64,000 nucleotides of DNA from an uncultured cyanobacterium (GCA_963740315.1 CAVUDP010000002.1:704001-768000); one strand, 5' to 3'. Counted from the stretch's first letter, positions 50,195 through 61,669 are shown. Translations and numbers: made by a program. Notes: generated by a model not told the origin, from the letters alone.

Positions 50195-52603
50195 GTGAAA
50201 ATGGCTACTAAAATCAACAAGTTGGATGATAGTAATCTTCAAAGCCAAAATTCCTTCTCGTCGGTATCAAATAACGCTCTACCTCAGTCTCCTACCAATA
50301 ATTTAGATGTTTCTGCTGCTACCTATTTGGGTGGAAAAGATGATGATTTTACCAATGCTGTGGATATTTCCCTTGATGGTAATTTCGTTATCGTAGGAGG
50401 TTCTTTAAAAAACGCTAACCTGGGAGGAAAAGAGACTGAACTCCTTGGTGGTGGTGATGGAACGATCGTCCGTTATGATTCTCGAAGCAATCAAGCTGTT
50501 GCTACAACCCGTTTACCAGGAAAAGTACTGGATTTAGAAGTATCAAATAATGGGAACATCGCTGTTGCTTACGAAGGCGGAATCGCTGTATTAAATGCTG
50601 ATGCGACAGAAGTTAAATGGAGTAAATCTCTGAACAACGTTGCTCGTATCGCTATCTCTGATGGTGGTAAAGTTGGTGTTGTAGAGGACATCAAAGGTAG
50701 TAAAGATAAAGCTTATTTATTCAGCAGCGACGGAGAAGAACTCAAACAATGGAGTACAAATAACAGCAAACGTCACTTTCTTGATATAGCTGTTACCGAC
50801 CAAGAAGGAGGTATGGTAATTGCCACCGGGTACGAGCAAAAAACCGGAATCTTGCAGGTTGCCTTCACTCAAGCATGGTCATACCAAGGAGAAAATCTCT
50901 GGAAAAACTACGACTTTGATGATAAAGACATCTACAAAGAAAACTTGCTGGCTGATACGCGAGGAAAGCGCGTTGCTATTGGACGTGATGGACAGCTTTA
51001 TTCTTCATATTACGTCAATGGCGGTACCGGCTTTTCTATTTTCTATCGCGATCCTAACGATCTATCAGAGAAACTGACTGGCGATCGCAAAATCGAAACA
51101 GATAAATATACCAGACCTACCAATGTCGGTTCGGTACAGATGCTTTGGTATGGTCGTTATGACCTCAAAAACGGTGACTTAATGAAAGGTCAGTCTTTAT
51201 TAAGCCGTCTTGATAAAGGTAAAGGTAATTCCATCAACAATGAATCAATTACAGCTACAGAAGACGGTACCGTAATTCTGGCTGGAGCGAGTGCATATAA
51301 GATTGCAAATCGAGATGAACAGACTATCGAAGGAAAACCCGTAAGCAAGTACGATGGTTTTGAGGGATACGTTGCGTTTATTAGTCCAGATTTGACAGAG
51401 AGACTTTCGTGGACTCCAATTACAGATAGTGAAACCGCTGTAGCCGCAATTCGCGACGGTAAAGCAGCAGTCGTTACCACCACCGATTTTAAGGGAGGTC
51501 AAATTACTCACAACGCTATCCAAGATAGTGCAGGTGGGAAAAACGACGGCTATCTATTGGTGATTGGTGGTTCGGATGTGCCTCCGGGAACAACACCAGC
51601 TACCCCGCAAGATAAACCTCCTATCCAAGGAGACGATACTCCTGTAAATTCAGGAGACGATACTCTGGTTCTCAAACTTGAATCTTATGGTGGAAGTCAA
51701 GACAATCCTAATAATGGAACTGTCGAGATATCCTCTAACAATAATGAAGTCAACTTGAGCGGAAACCGTTGGCAAAGACTTGAAATCAACTCTACCATCA
51801 CAAAAAATACTGTTCTACGTTTTGAGTTTACAGGTAACGGTAAAGCAGAAATCCAGGGTATCGGCTTCGATAATGATAATGCGATTAGTAGCACACCCGA
51901 CAGCGGACATTTCTTCCAAGTTAATGGTAGCCAAAGCTGGGGGATCGAAAATCTCAGTCGATTCATTGTTGGTAAGGATGACAAAAATATTTATGAAATC
52001 CCAGTTGGTGAGTTCTTCACTGGGGATTTTGACTTCCTGACAATTGCTAACGATGATGATGGACCTAACCCCGATGCTGAAAGTACATTCAGCAATATTA
52101 AGATATTTGAATCGACTCCCGACTCACTTGAGATTTCCATCAATGGAGAAACTCAAAGTGAAGAAATTCTATCCTACGGTGGTGTAAGTGAAAATACAAG
52201 CATAATTTCAACCGTTAGCAACGATAATGAATTGCAGTTACAAGCAAACGGTTGGAAACGCTTGGATATTACCGGCTATGAAATCACTGAGAATACATTA
52301 CTCAAATTTGACTTTGCGGGTAATGGCGAAGCTGAAGTTCAGGGAATTGGCTTCGATAATGACAACGTTATTAACGGCACGCTGGATGATGAACATTTCT
52401 TCCAAGTTGATGGTAGCCAAAGCTGGGGTATCGAAGACTTAGACGACTATATTGTTGGTTCCGACAACGGATTTACACAATATTCCATAGCTGTAGGGGA
52501 ATTCTTTACAGGTAAATTTGACTTCTTAACTATCGGTAACGACGATGATACAGCGAATCCAACAGCAATAGGACAATTCCAAAATATTGAACTTGTTGGT
52601 TAA
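50195..52603 (+). CDS. Paralog of 47334 with a different, duplicated C-terminal domain
   Basis: N-terminal ~450 aa highly similar; two copies of SYGG..N.W..ITxNT.L.F.F..EIQGIGFDND..IPVGEFFTG.FDFLT..NDDD. Confidence 0.78.
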   Translation: MKMATKINKLDDSNLQSQNSFSSVSNNALPQSPTNNLDVSAATYLGGKDDDFTNAVDISLDGNFVIVGGSLKNANLGGKETELLGGGDGTIVRYDSRSNQAVATTRLPGKVLDLEVSNNGNIAVAYEGGIAVLNADATEVKWSKSLNNVARIAISDGGKVGVVEDIKGSKDKAYLFSSDGEELKQWSTNNSKRHFLDIAVTDQEGGMVIATGYEQKTGILQVAFTQAWSYQGENLWKNYDFDDKDIYKENLLADTRGKRVAIGRDGQLYSSYYVNGGTGFSIFYRDPNDLSEKLTGDRKIETDKYTRPTNVGSVQMLWYGRYDLKNGDLMKGQSLLSRLDKGKGNSINNESITATEDGTVILAGASAYKIANRDEQTIEGKPVSKYDGFEGYVAFISPDLTERLSWTPITDSETAVAAIRDGKAAVVTTTDFKGGQITHNAIQDSAGGKNDGYLLVIGGSDVPPGTTPATPQDKPPIQGDDTPVNSGDDTLVLKLESYGGSQDNPNNGTVEISSNNNEVNLSGNRWQRLEINSTITKNTVLRFEFTGNGKAEIQGIGFDNDNAISSTPDSGHFFQVNGSQSWGIENLSRFIVGKDDKNIYEIPVGEFFTGDFDFLTIANDDDGPNPDAESTFSNIKIFESTPDSLEISINGETQSEEILSYGGVSENTSIISTVSNDNELQLQANGWKRLDITGYEITENTLLKFDFAGNGEAEVQGIGFDNDNVINGTLDDEHFFQVDGSQSWGIEDLDDYIVGSDNGFTQYSIAVGEFFTGKFDFLTIGNDDDTANPTAIGQFQNIELVG

Positions 52604-52744
52604 TTGATTTTGAAAGGTTCGTAGTAAGGGCTTCAGCCCTCTTAGAACTAAAGTTCTGACTACAAACTAATAAAATACACTTAGCGTGGGGAAATTAAAA
52701 ACTTCTCCCCGCTCGAATGCTTTAGGTTTAACAGCCTTGTTACA

Positions 52745-52858
52745 TCTCGTTCCTAGCCTCCAGGCTGGGGTACGTATTACAAGAGGCTCTGCCTCCTGGA
52801 AGTGAACGAGAGGCGGAGCCTCCATGCAAGGAGTTCCCAGCCAGAGACTGGGAACCAG
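52745..52858. repeat. Multi-hairpin cyanobacterial repeat (ctcgttccca/gaggctctgcctc type)
   Basis: gaggctctgcctc..gaggcggagcctc and gttcccag..ctgggaac inverted repeats. Confidence 0.65.
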
Positions 52859-53185
52859 TCAAAGTCCTAATTTTTTGAAATACGCTTGAGCTTTCTGATA
52901 ATTTGCCTGATTCAAATCGTTAATTATATTGCGTTGTTCGGAATCAACTTTAAATATTTGTTCGCGAATATCACCAGGAAACAACTTTTTTAAATCTCGT
53001 TGGTAAAAACTACCATTTCCTGGATATTGATAGTTAGTTACTTGATAAGTATTTTCTTTTTTTTTCAACATCGTAACAATCGGAACTCTCGTACCAGAAC
53101 CTCTTTTTAATTTACTATTATACTCATCGCAAAGTAACCATAGATATGCATTAATAGTATTTTGATTTCTTTTGTCGGCACCCAA
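52859..53185 (-). pseudogene. Probable 5'-truncated hypothetical gene
   Basis: Protein-like 108-aa ORF with a TTG start abutting an (aaccttt)n tract. Confidence 0.45.
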
Positions 53186-53312
53186 AAAACCTTTAACCTT
53201 TAACCTTTAACCTTTAACCTTTGACCTTTCAGATTTTGGATTAGATTTCAAGATACAAAATCTAAAAGAAATGCATCCGTTGTTAAAATCTAAAATCCAA
53301 AATCCAAAATTG

Positions 53313-53921
53313 TTAGGCTTTTCTTGAGTAGTATTCCACTACTAACAGTTCGTTAACGCTTAAAGCGACCCATTCGCGTTCGCAAACACCGTTAATTTTG
53401 CCAACCATTGTGTTTTTATCAAACTCCAAATGACTGGGAAGGTTTGCTAAACCAGGATATTGCAAATTGGTTTCCACCAACTTGCGAGAACCCTCTTTGT
53501 TTTTAACAGTAATAACCTCTCCGGGACGACACTGGTAGCTAGGGATGTTAACTTCACGACCGTTTATTTGAACGTGTCCGTGATTCACCAGTTGACGTGC
53601 TGCGGGAATAGTTGGAGCCATTCCCAAACGGAAAACGGTGTTATCCAAGCGCATTTCCAAGAACTGTAACAATATCTGTCCGGTAGAACCAGTTACTCGT
53701 CTTGCTTTGCGGATGTAACGCACCATTTGGCTTTCAGTTAAACCGTAGTTAAACTTGAGCTTTTGCTTCTCCTCCAAACGGATAGCATACTCAGAGCGCT
53801 TTTTACGGTTTTGACCGTGCTGTCCGGGGGGATAAGCACGTCTAGCAGTTTTACGGCTTAATCCTGGTAGTTCACCCAGGCGGCGTGTAATTCTTAATCT
53901 AGGTCCTCTATATCGGGACAT
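53313..53921 (-). CDS. rpsD: 30S ribosomal protein S4
   Basis: [40 protein letters not shown]. Confidence 0.99.
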   Translation of the reverse strand: MSRYRGPRLRITRRLGELPGLSRKTARRAYPPGQHGQNRKKRSEYAIRLEEKQKLKFNYGLTESQMVRYIRKARRVTGSTGQILLQFLEMRLDNTVFRLGMAPTIPAARQLVNHGHVQINGREVNIPSYQCRPGEVITVKNKEGSRKLVETNLQYPGLANLPSHLEFDKNTMVGKINGVCEREWVALSVNELLVVEYYSRKA

Positions 53922-53994
53922 TATCTTTTCCTTTATCTAATCCTTTTAAATTTTACTCAGACATAACATTATAAAGGTCGAACGAAGAATATGG

Positions 53995-54163
53995 AATGGG
54001 TAATAAGGAATGGGTGATGGAGAGATGGGGTTCGGGGGTGATGGGGAAGATGGGGAAGAGGGGGGAGAGGGGGAAGAGGGGGTGATGGGGTTCGGGGGAG
54101 ATGGGGAAAGGGACAAGGGGACAAGGGGACAAGGGGACAAGGGGACAAGGGGACAAGGGGGAA
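53995..54163. repeat. G-rich STRR tract (gatgggg / ggggaca a)
   Basis: Short tandem repeats between rpsD and the divergent gene; similar tracts at 54950-55007 and 61330-61381. Confidence 0.8.
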
Positions 54164-54317
54164 GAAATTTTTAATGATAACTGATTACTGGCAACTGATT
54201 ACTGGTCACTGGTCACTGAAAAATGAGATAGCATTACTTAAAGGTGTTTGGAGAATTTTCATGCTATTTCGTTGGTTCGGCATTCGCGGTTTTGGTTCTG
54301 TAAATTGTGAAACAAAA

Positions 54318-54944
54318 ATGCTTTCTGTGCAGCGTTTCGATTTTAATTATTTCAAATTGTTTAAATTAATAGCACCAGTTACAGCACCAGTTTTAACTAT
54401 AGCTGGTTTGTTAGGCATGACTTTACCGGCGTATGGTATAAGCAATCCTTTTAAAAGAAATCAAAATGAGTATCGTGTATGTGCGGCGCGTCTTTTGAGT
54501 GTAGGTATCCCAGCGTCCGCTGTAACTAATGCTTGTGCGGCTGCACTTAGACCTTTAGAAGTATCTTCATGCGTGGGTAAAATTCAGCGGAGAACCCAAA
54601 TTCCCGCGACAGATTCGCTTCCATACTGCGGACAAGCACGTCGTCCGAATGATTTAGCGAGTTGTGTTGCTGATATCGGTGCTACAAGTCAACAAACGGC
54701 TACTTCAGCTATTTTAGCTTACTGTAATCGCAGTTTACTACCAGTGAAATTTGGTCAATGTGTAGCAGGTTTGCGTTCCCAAATCGATTTTTCACCGATA
54801 CAAGCGATGGAAAGTTGTATTAACCCTAGCGGCAGAATCAGTAATGTTGTACCTTTATCAACCCCCGGAATCACACCCGCCGCTCCTCCTTCTTTAGAAT
54901 TCAGTCCTACTTTTGAAACAATTCCATCTCCTCCGAATCCGTAG
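54318..54944 (+). CDS. Cys-rich secreted cyanobacterial hypothetical protein
   Basis: Signal-like segment; repeated C..A.RP..L.SCV pattern; start uncertain. Confidence 0.72.
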   Translation: MLSVQRFDFNYFKLFKLIAPVTAPVLTIAGLLGMTLPAYGISNPFKRNQNEYRVCAARLLSVGIPASAVTNACAAALRPLEVSSCVGKIQRRTQIPATDSLPYCGQARRPNDLASCVADIGATSQQTATSAILAYCNRSLLPVKFGQCVAGLRSQIDFSPIQAMESCINPSGRISNVVPLSTPGITPAAPPSLEFSPTFETIPSPPNP

Positions 54945-55020
54945 GTGAGGGATGGGGGGATGGGGGGATGGGGGAGATGGGGGGATGGGGGGATGGGGGA
55001 GAGGGGGTAGAAAGAATTCT

Positions 55021-55165
55021 TAACTCTTAACTCCTAACTCCTAACTCTTAACTCCTAACTCCTAACTCCTAACTCCTAACTCCTAACTCCTAACTCTTAA
55101 CTCCTAACTCCTAACTCCTAACTCCTAACTTCTAACTCCTAACTCCTAACTCCTAACTCCTAACT
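55021..55165. repeat. STRR heptamer (TAACTCC)~20
   Basis: Direct reading. Confidence 0.95.
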
Positions 55166-55185
55166 ATTTAGATTTCTTTCTTCGG

Positions 55186-55231
55186 ACGGATGAAGCTAGA
55201 ATCCTCATGCCTTTAGGCACAGGAGTGTCAA
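55186..55231 (+). mobile_element. IS200/IS605 right-end remnant
   Basis: gaagctagaatcctcatgcctttaggcacaggagtgtcaa: subterminal hairpin plus TCAA end. Confidence 0.7.
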
Positions 55232-55271
55232 AAAAAACAGGTCGGGTTTACACCATTAAAACCCAACCTAT
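55230..55271 (-). terminator. hetR terminator
   Basis: Minus strand aggttgggttt..aaacccgacct followed by a T run. Confidence 0.65.
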
Positions 55272-55360
55272 ATTTTTTATTCAATTTTGTTTTCGGACAT
55301 ATTTTTGCTAAACTTGGAAAATTGGCATAATCGGCAGTCATTTAAATGACTGCTGATTTA

Positions 55361-56284
<924 letters not shown>

Positions 56285-56515
56285 TTACAAAATCAAGAAT
56301 TACAGGAAAGTAAGTAGTATACACCTTCTTTGCAGACTATAAGTTCACTTTAGTTTATCTATTATGCGACAACTAAGGGTATTAATGGTAGTGATAAATA
56401 ACATTTTACCCGTATTTTTACAGAAAAAAGTTAAAACTTACATTGTAAGTTAAATTGCCACAACATTTTTGTCAGTATCTTCACCGACTTATATAAGGCA
56501 GCAATGATTAGGTTG

Positions 56516-56545
56516 TCATACCTAAAACAGCCCGTACAATCCGGT
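56516..56545 (-). promoter_or_regulatory. DIF1-like heterocyst promoter of hetR
   Basis: Minus strand ACCGGA-N18-GTATGA about 280 nt upstream of the hetR ATG. Confidence 0.6.
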
Positions 56546-56660
56546 TTCGTTTGACACGTCATTTCCTTTTGGAACCGTTAGAAGCTAGCGTATCGTTTTT
56601 ACATCCCCCGCAAAGATGTATGTTAACAGCTCTTAACTATGAATGTAGTTTTACTGTATA

Positions 56661-56832
56661 CCAGTGACCAGTTAACAGTTAGCAGTTACCAGTTACCAGT
56701 TACCAGTTACCAGTTACCAGTTACCAGTTACCAGTTACCAGTTACCAGTTACCAGTTACCAGTTACCAGTTACCAGTTACCAGTTACCAGTTACCAGTTA
56801 CCAGTTACCAGTTACCAGTTACCAGTTACCAG
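56661..56832. repeat. STRR heptamer (CCAGTTA)~24
   Basis: Direct reading. Confidence 0.95.
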
Positions 56833-56954
56833 TAAGTAGTTATCTCTTATTTAATTTAGAATTGTTAACTTTTAACTCAATACTCCTAATTCCGGTGGTC
56901 AGGTAGTCCTAACTCAGATGGTTTTTTCCATCTCCCCATCTCCCCCGAACCCCA

Positions 56955-58865
56955 TCAATTAGAACGAGGCGTTTGACTTCGCTGTTGCAGCAATTTCTCG
57001 ATGCTGAAGGCTGCTGCTCCGAAGGTGACTAGTAGTACTCCGAGAACTTGCATTAATGGTAAAGTCTCTTGAATTACTATTCCGGCGAAAATTACTGTCA
57101 AAACTGGAACTGTGGCACTAATCAAACCTGCTCGTGTTGCGCCGATTTTACGAATACCGAAATTATTTAGTAAGTAACCGCAAAGGGTTAGTACTCCTAA
57201 AATGAAAGCGCTTAAAATCAGTTCTAAAAAATTAGCTGAGTTTATGTCTAGCCTCCAACTTGAAGGTAAAGGTAGGAGTAAGCCGATAAAGCACAAAAAC
57301 AGCATTGTGGCGAAGTTAATTAGAGTAAAAGAAACAGGATGCAGTCTAGCGGCGCAAATGCGGGTTAATATCACGTAAAATGCAAAACTTATTCCGGCTA
57401 CAATTCCTGTCGTGCTTCCTAAAGAAACGTTACCCGTACCGCTTGTAGTTCCCCCTAATACTAAAACTATTCCTAAAACAATCATCGCATAAGCAAAAGC
57501 GCGGAATTTACTTGGACTATCGCGAAACAAAAGCCATGACAATAGTCCGCTCACAATTGGATACACGAACAAAAGTGCGATCGCCATTCCGGTGAAAACT
57601 CTCGCGATGGCTATGTAAAGCATTATCTGGGATAAAAACAAGAAGCATCCGCTGATTATTGATAGCATCAGCACTCTTCTAGCTGTAATGACTGTAGGGG
57701 TGCGATTTCCTTTGACTGATTCGATTAAATTTTGTAAATCTTGCCAAACCCTTGGATGCAGGATGGGTGCCAAAACTAACATCAGCGGCACAACTACCAA
57801 CATTCTCAGCATTAAAACTAACAGGCAATTTCCTAAAGTTGGCGATATTAACTGTTCTAAATCAAATACACCCAAGACTCGGGAATTTGGCTGAAATATT
57901 GCTTTAATTGCGACGTTGTAAATAGATGTGGCTACGGTAGACAGTACAATTAACAATAATCCCTTCGGACGCAGCCAAAAGACTTGTACCTGTGGTGATA
58001 TGGGTTGTTGTGGTGTTGCGGGTTGAGTGGAGGGTTCTTTTTCAGTTTGAGTGGATGTATTTGGTAAAGAAACATTAGCTCCTCGAACGGTAGAAGTTGC
58101 TGTAGTGGTATCCTCCGGTGGAGGAATTATTTCAGGGGTTTCTTTAAATAAACTTGATGGAAATGGTTCAGTCGCTGGGGTTTCTTCTTCTGAATCGGGA
58201 GAATCTTCAACGTAATCAACGTCTTGTACGTAATCTACTTCTTCTAGTTCTTCTAATTCTTCTACTTTTTCTAATTGTAGGTTTTGAAATTCCCTTTGAT
58301 TTGTATAAGTGGTAGTACTTTCCAATTCTCGGCGGAGACGATTTACCAATTCTACTAAAATCGCTTCCCCTTGTTCCTGTTGCAGTGACATTCGGGATAA
58401 TTGCTGTGATACACTACTTCGATAGTCTTCTAAATCTTGTTGGAGGGTATTAAAAGCATTATTAAAAGCATTGCTAATAGATTCTTGATTTTGAGCTTGG
58501 TTGTATATTCCAGTTTGAAGAGTTGTGTTTGTGGTAGATTGGTTAACCAACTTTTCAAGTGAAGCTTGCAACTGCACGGAAATGTGATTTCCTAAAACTT
58601 GCGCCAACTGACGCATTAATACCTGTAACTCATCAATTTGCCTTCCTCCTTGCAGCTGCTCCCTTTGTTCTTGGAGACGTTTGATATCGTCAGCCAAGCG
58701 GATTTTTTCACCTTGTAGGCGTTTGACATCATCCTGCAAAGATTTGAGCAAATTCCGCTGGATAATTTGTAATTCCTCAGTGACAGCCCGTAAGGCAGAT
58801 TCGGCAGAACCGTATGGTTCCCCTGCTCTACGCGGCTTTTCTGGTCCGTTATCAAATCGTCCCAT
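56955..58865 (-). CDS. sepJ: Septal junction protein SepJ (FraG)
   Basis: N-terminal coiled coil, Pro/Thr/Glu linker, C-terminal DMT/EamA permease; directly upstream of hetR as in Anabaena. Confidence 0.92.
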   Translation of the reverse strand: MGRFDNGPEKPRRAGEPYGSAESALRAVTEELQIIQRNLLKSLQDDVKRLQGEKIRLADDIKRLQEQREQLQGGRQIDELQVLMRQLAQVLGNHISVQLQASLEKLVNQSTTNTTLQTGIYNQAQNQESISNAFNNAFNTLQQDLEDYRSSVSQQLSRMSLQQEQGEAILVELVNRLRRELESTTTYTNQREFQNLQLEKVEELEELEEVDYVQDVDYVEDSPDSEEETPATEPFPSSLFKETPEIIPPPEDTTTATSTVRGANVSLPNTSTQTEKEPSTQPATPQQPISPQVQVFWLRPKGLLLIVLSTVATSIYNVAIKAIFQPNSRVLGVFDLEQLISPTLGNCLLVLMLRMLVVVPLMLVLAPILHPRVWQDLQNLIESVKGNRTPTVITARRVLMLSIISGCFLFLSQIMLYIAIARVFTGMAIALLFVYPIVSGLLSWLLFRDSPSKFRAFAYAMIVLGIVLVLGGTTSGTGNVSLGSTTGIVAGISFAFYVILTRICAARLHPVSFTLINFATMLFLCFIGLLLPLPSSWRLDINSANFLELILSAFILGVLTLCGYLLNNFGIRKIGATRAGLISATVPVLTVIFAGIVIQETLPLMQVLGVLLVTFGAAAFSIEKLLQQRSQTPRSN

Positions 58866-59747
58866 TAGTCGTTATCCTCTGCCCCTTGTTTGACCACCTG
58901 TGTGGCTTGCTATTGACTGATTCGGCGAAGCGATTATTACTAGTTTTGTGTATTTTGTCAGTGATAGTTCTCTTTATTTAAATGAACCGATAGCAAGTAA
59001 TATAAAAGCTCTTTAAAAAAATATCATCAATCAAAGAATTTAGAAAATTAATTTTGCTGAATATTAGTATTATTTTTATCATCTTAAGTTAGCAAGCGAT
59101 CGCAAATAAGTTATTAATTGCTTGGAAGTTAACGATTAAATAGCTAATAAATACTAATATTTTTTTGTATATTTTATATTGCAAATAAATTTACATAACT
59201 GTCAGATTACGTATAAAAAATACTTGACAAAAAACACGAAATAAATATTGTATGCAAATCTCTCTCAAGAGCTAAAGTGTTTCCTTGCCAGAATTTTACT
59301 GTCAGATCGGTAGATTTCATTTCACACTCCAAATACCCCGTTAATACTTAATTAAACGCACTGAAATTCATGATATATCTTACACTCAGAATCTCAAAAA
59401 TCCGCATTAAATTTATATATTGCGCCAGCAGCAGCGACGCTCAAACACGTACTAAATTTGTTGCAACCATGTAAATATTTAGACAGTTAATCGTAAATTA
59501 AGTCAAAGAATCGTGCATTAATGTTTGTCATCCTGCAATAGGAATAAAATTGATTATGGTAAATAATAAGTTTTGCAACTACAGCAAGGAATATTTTAAT
59601 TAAAGGAATCACTTGGGATGATGAGATGGGAAGATAAGGGATAAGTTTTGTCAGCGAACTGAGAATAGAACGGATTCTATAGGTGGGGAATGTCAATTTA
59701 ACTAGTTAAACTGAAGATGATCGAAACCAGAAGGATTAACCGGAGTA

Positions 59748-60368
59748 ATGGCAGAAGAAACTAATAAAAACGAAGCGGGAGACGCAATTCCCAGCACTAC
59801 GGATGAAAAAGCGCCGGAAGTAGCTAAAGAGAAAGCACCTAAAACGGACTCTCCTGAAGCGACAGATATTCCGACTGCGAATGCCCCCGATCCAAAAGCA
59901 GCATCAGGAGATAATCCCAACGCTGCTAAAGCTAAACCCGCAGCTAAAGCAGCAGATGATAAGAAGCCCGCAGCTAAAAAGAAAGAAAAACCCCCAGCGG
60001 TTGAAGATAAACCGTTTGAGGAGTTTATGCGGCAGGATTATGTACCCGCGCTGCAAGAAGCGATCGCAGGTGAAGGCGTGGAAGATTTGCATTTGAATTT
60101 CGCAAAGCAAAAACTTCCCATTCCTGGATATGAGAAATCTGAGGAATGCTGGCAAGTTTTAGGTAACTTCCGAAATGGTATGCGTCAATTTAACGTTTAT
60201 TTCCCCGATGAAGATATTAAAGGGAAAAAAGCGTTTTCTTGCAACGAAGGCAAAAGACCTAGTACCCTTGAATCATTTTTAATCGACGAACGTAGAATTA
60301 CTCTAGACTTAATGGTATTTGGAGTAGTACAGCGTTTGAACGGACAAAAGTGGTTGGGAAGAAATTAA
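59748..60368 (+). CDS. DUF2996 family protein
   Basis: KKEKPPAVEDKPF.EF, STLESFLIDERRITLDL, QRLNGQKWLGRN. Confidence 0.85.
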   Translation: MAEETNKNEAGDAIPSTTDEKAPEVAKEKAPKTDSPEATDIPTANAPDPKAASGDNPNAAKAKPAAKAADDKKPAAKKKEKPPAVEDKPFEEFMRQDYVPALQEAIAGEGVEDLHLNFAKQKLPIPGYEKSEECWQVLGNFRNGMRQFNVYFPDEDIKGKKAFSCNEGKRPSTLESFLIDERRITLDLMVFGVVQRLNGQKWLGRN

Positions 60369-60892
60369 GTAAGTTCGTGAAAAATATAGGTAACGGCTCC
60401 ATTTTCGGGGTTGTTACCTATGCCAACATAACCAGAGTTATGCATTTCTTTCAGAATTGCTTCTACTTGTGAAAATGCCGCGCCTGTTTCTATCACTCCT
60501 TGAGTAACGCTGAGTTTACCACCGCGACGTTCCGCAGCTTTTAATAACTCAAGCATTAAGGTTTCTTGAGGAGATTGATATATTTCCGATGCTACAGCTT
60601 GAGGAGTTTGTGCGACACCAAAAGGTGATAAACCAGCTTTTAATCTCAGTTTAATTTCTCTTTCCTCCACCATGTTAGGAATCAGAAATAAATCGACAAA
60701 TTGCCCCAAACCGAACAAGCCCAGGGTAAACATCCACAGCAAACCCGTAACAACTTTACCGTTATACAAACGATGCAATCCGCCCGTAAATCCTAAAAAG
60801 CCCAACAGATTGAGCATATAAGATATTTTGAGGCGCTCCTTTTCTTTATCTTTTTCCTTATCATTATTCTTATCTTTAACTTCAATCTTCAT
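60365..60892 (-). CDS. TM2 (NINE) domain protein
   Basis: GLHRLYNGK..TGLLW.FTLGLFG.GQ.VDLFLIP. Confidence 0.85.
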   Translation of the reverse strand: MKIEVKDKNNDKEKDKEKERLKISYMLNLLGFLGFTGGLHRLYNGKVVTGLLWMFTLGLFGLGQFVDLFLIPNMVEEREIKLRLKAGLSPFGVAQTPQAVASEIYQSPQETLMLELLKAAERRGGKLSVTQGVIETGAAFSQVEAILKEMHNSGYVGIGNNPENGAVTYIFHELT

Positions 60893-61083
60893 ATGATTTC
60901 AACTCCATCAAACGCTTAAGGCAACTGAAATTTATGTGAATTAATAATTATCTATATTAACAATATTAACAATTAAATTTTAATGTAGTATTTTTAGATA
61001 TCACCAAATTTGGAAGTTAAATAGAAAGCGGCTATAATAAAGAGTTATTCCAAGTATCTGTGACCTTTGGCAATAACTTCATA

Positions 61084-61166
61084 ATTCCTCTATAAGCGAA
61101 TTTGCGATCGTATTATTCCCCTATAAGTGAATTTGCGATCATTTATTCCCTATAAATTCCTATAAA
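61084..61166. repeat. ~31-bp imperfect direct repeats
   Basis: attcc(t/c)ctataag.gaatttgcgatc x2, plus attc(c)ctataa x2. Confidence 0.7.
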
Positions 61167-61524
61167 TAGAATTGGAAATTATGAATAGACATTAACTGCT
61201 TGTGGAAAGTCAAGCTCATGTTGAATTATCAACCTTTAGCATTTACACCCATTAGCAATATAAATCCGGTAATTATAAAGGTCAAAGGTCTGCATGTTAA
61301 AGGTCTGCATGTTAAAGTTCTGTTTATCTCCTTGTCCCCTTGTCTCCCCATCTCCCCCGAACCCCATCTCCCCATCTCCCATTTGTTGCAACTCTTAACG
61401 TTTGACGTGGTTATTACTATCGGACTCCTTGGTAAACTGATATTTATACTCAAACGCAATATTTTTGTATATCAATTTTAAACGTGGCAACGTGTCCCGT
61501 TTAGACATCCGGCACAGTGTCTAC

Positions 61525-61642
61525 GTAGTTCTAATTAGAGGACTTGCAGCCGTAGGGCATACGGTAAAGATGCTTAGTGAGGGTAAATTCGTTGGAATCC
61601 CGGTGAACTAAGAATCCCTTTTTTAAAAATGGGGAGTGTCAA
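61525..61642 (+). mobile_element. IS200/IS605 remnant: tnpB 3' tail / omegaRNA and right end
   Basis: Translates [28 protein letters not shown], a TnpB-type tail; gccgtagggcatacggt hairpin; gaatccc..ggggagtgtcaa right end. Confidence 0.78.
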
Positions 61643-61669
61643 AAACCCGACATTTATAAGAATCAGAAC

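Noticed and set aside
53946..54156. Pro/Ser-rich ORFs upstream of rpsD
   Set aside because: Arise from G-rich STRR tracts
55238..55250. gtcgggttt complementary to the start of the putative acsF omegaRNA guide (aaacccgac)
   Set aside because: Only 9 nt and part of a terminator stem; compatible with chance
56639..56839. 66-aa ORF (SYQLPVT)n
   Set aside because: Translation of a heptamer STRR
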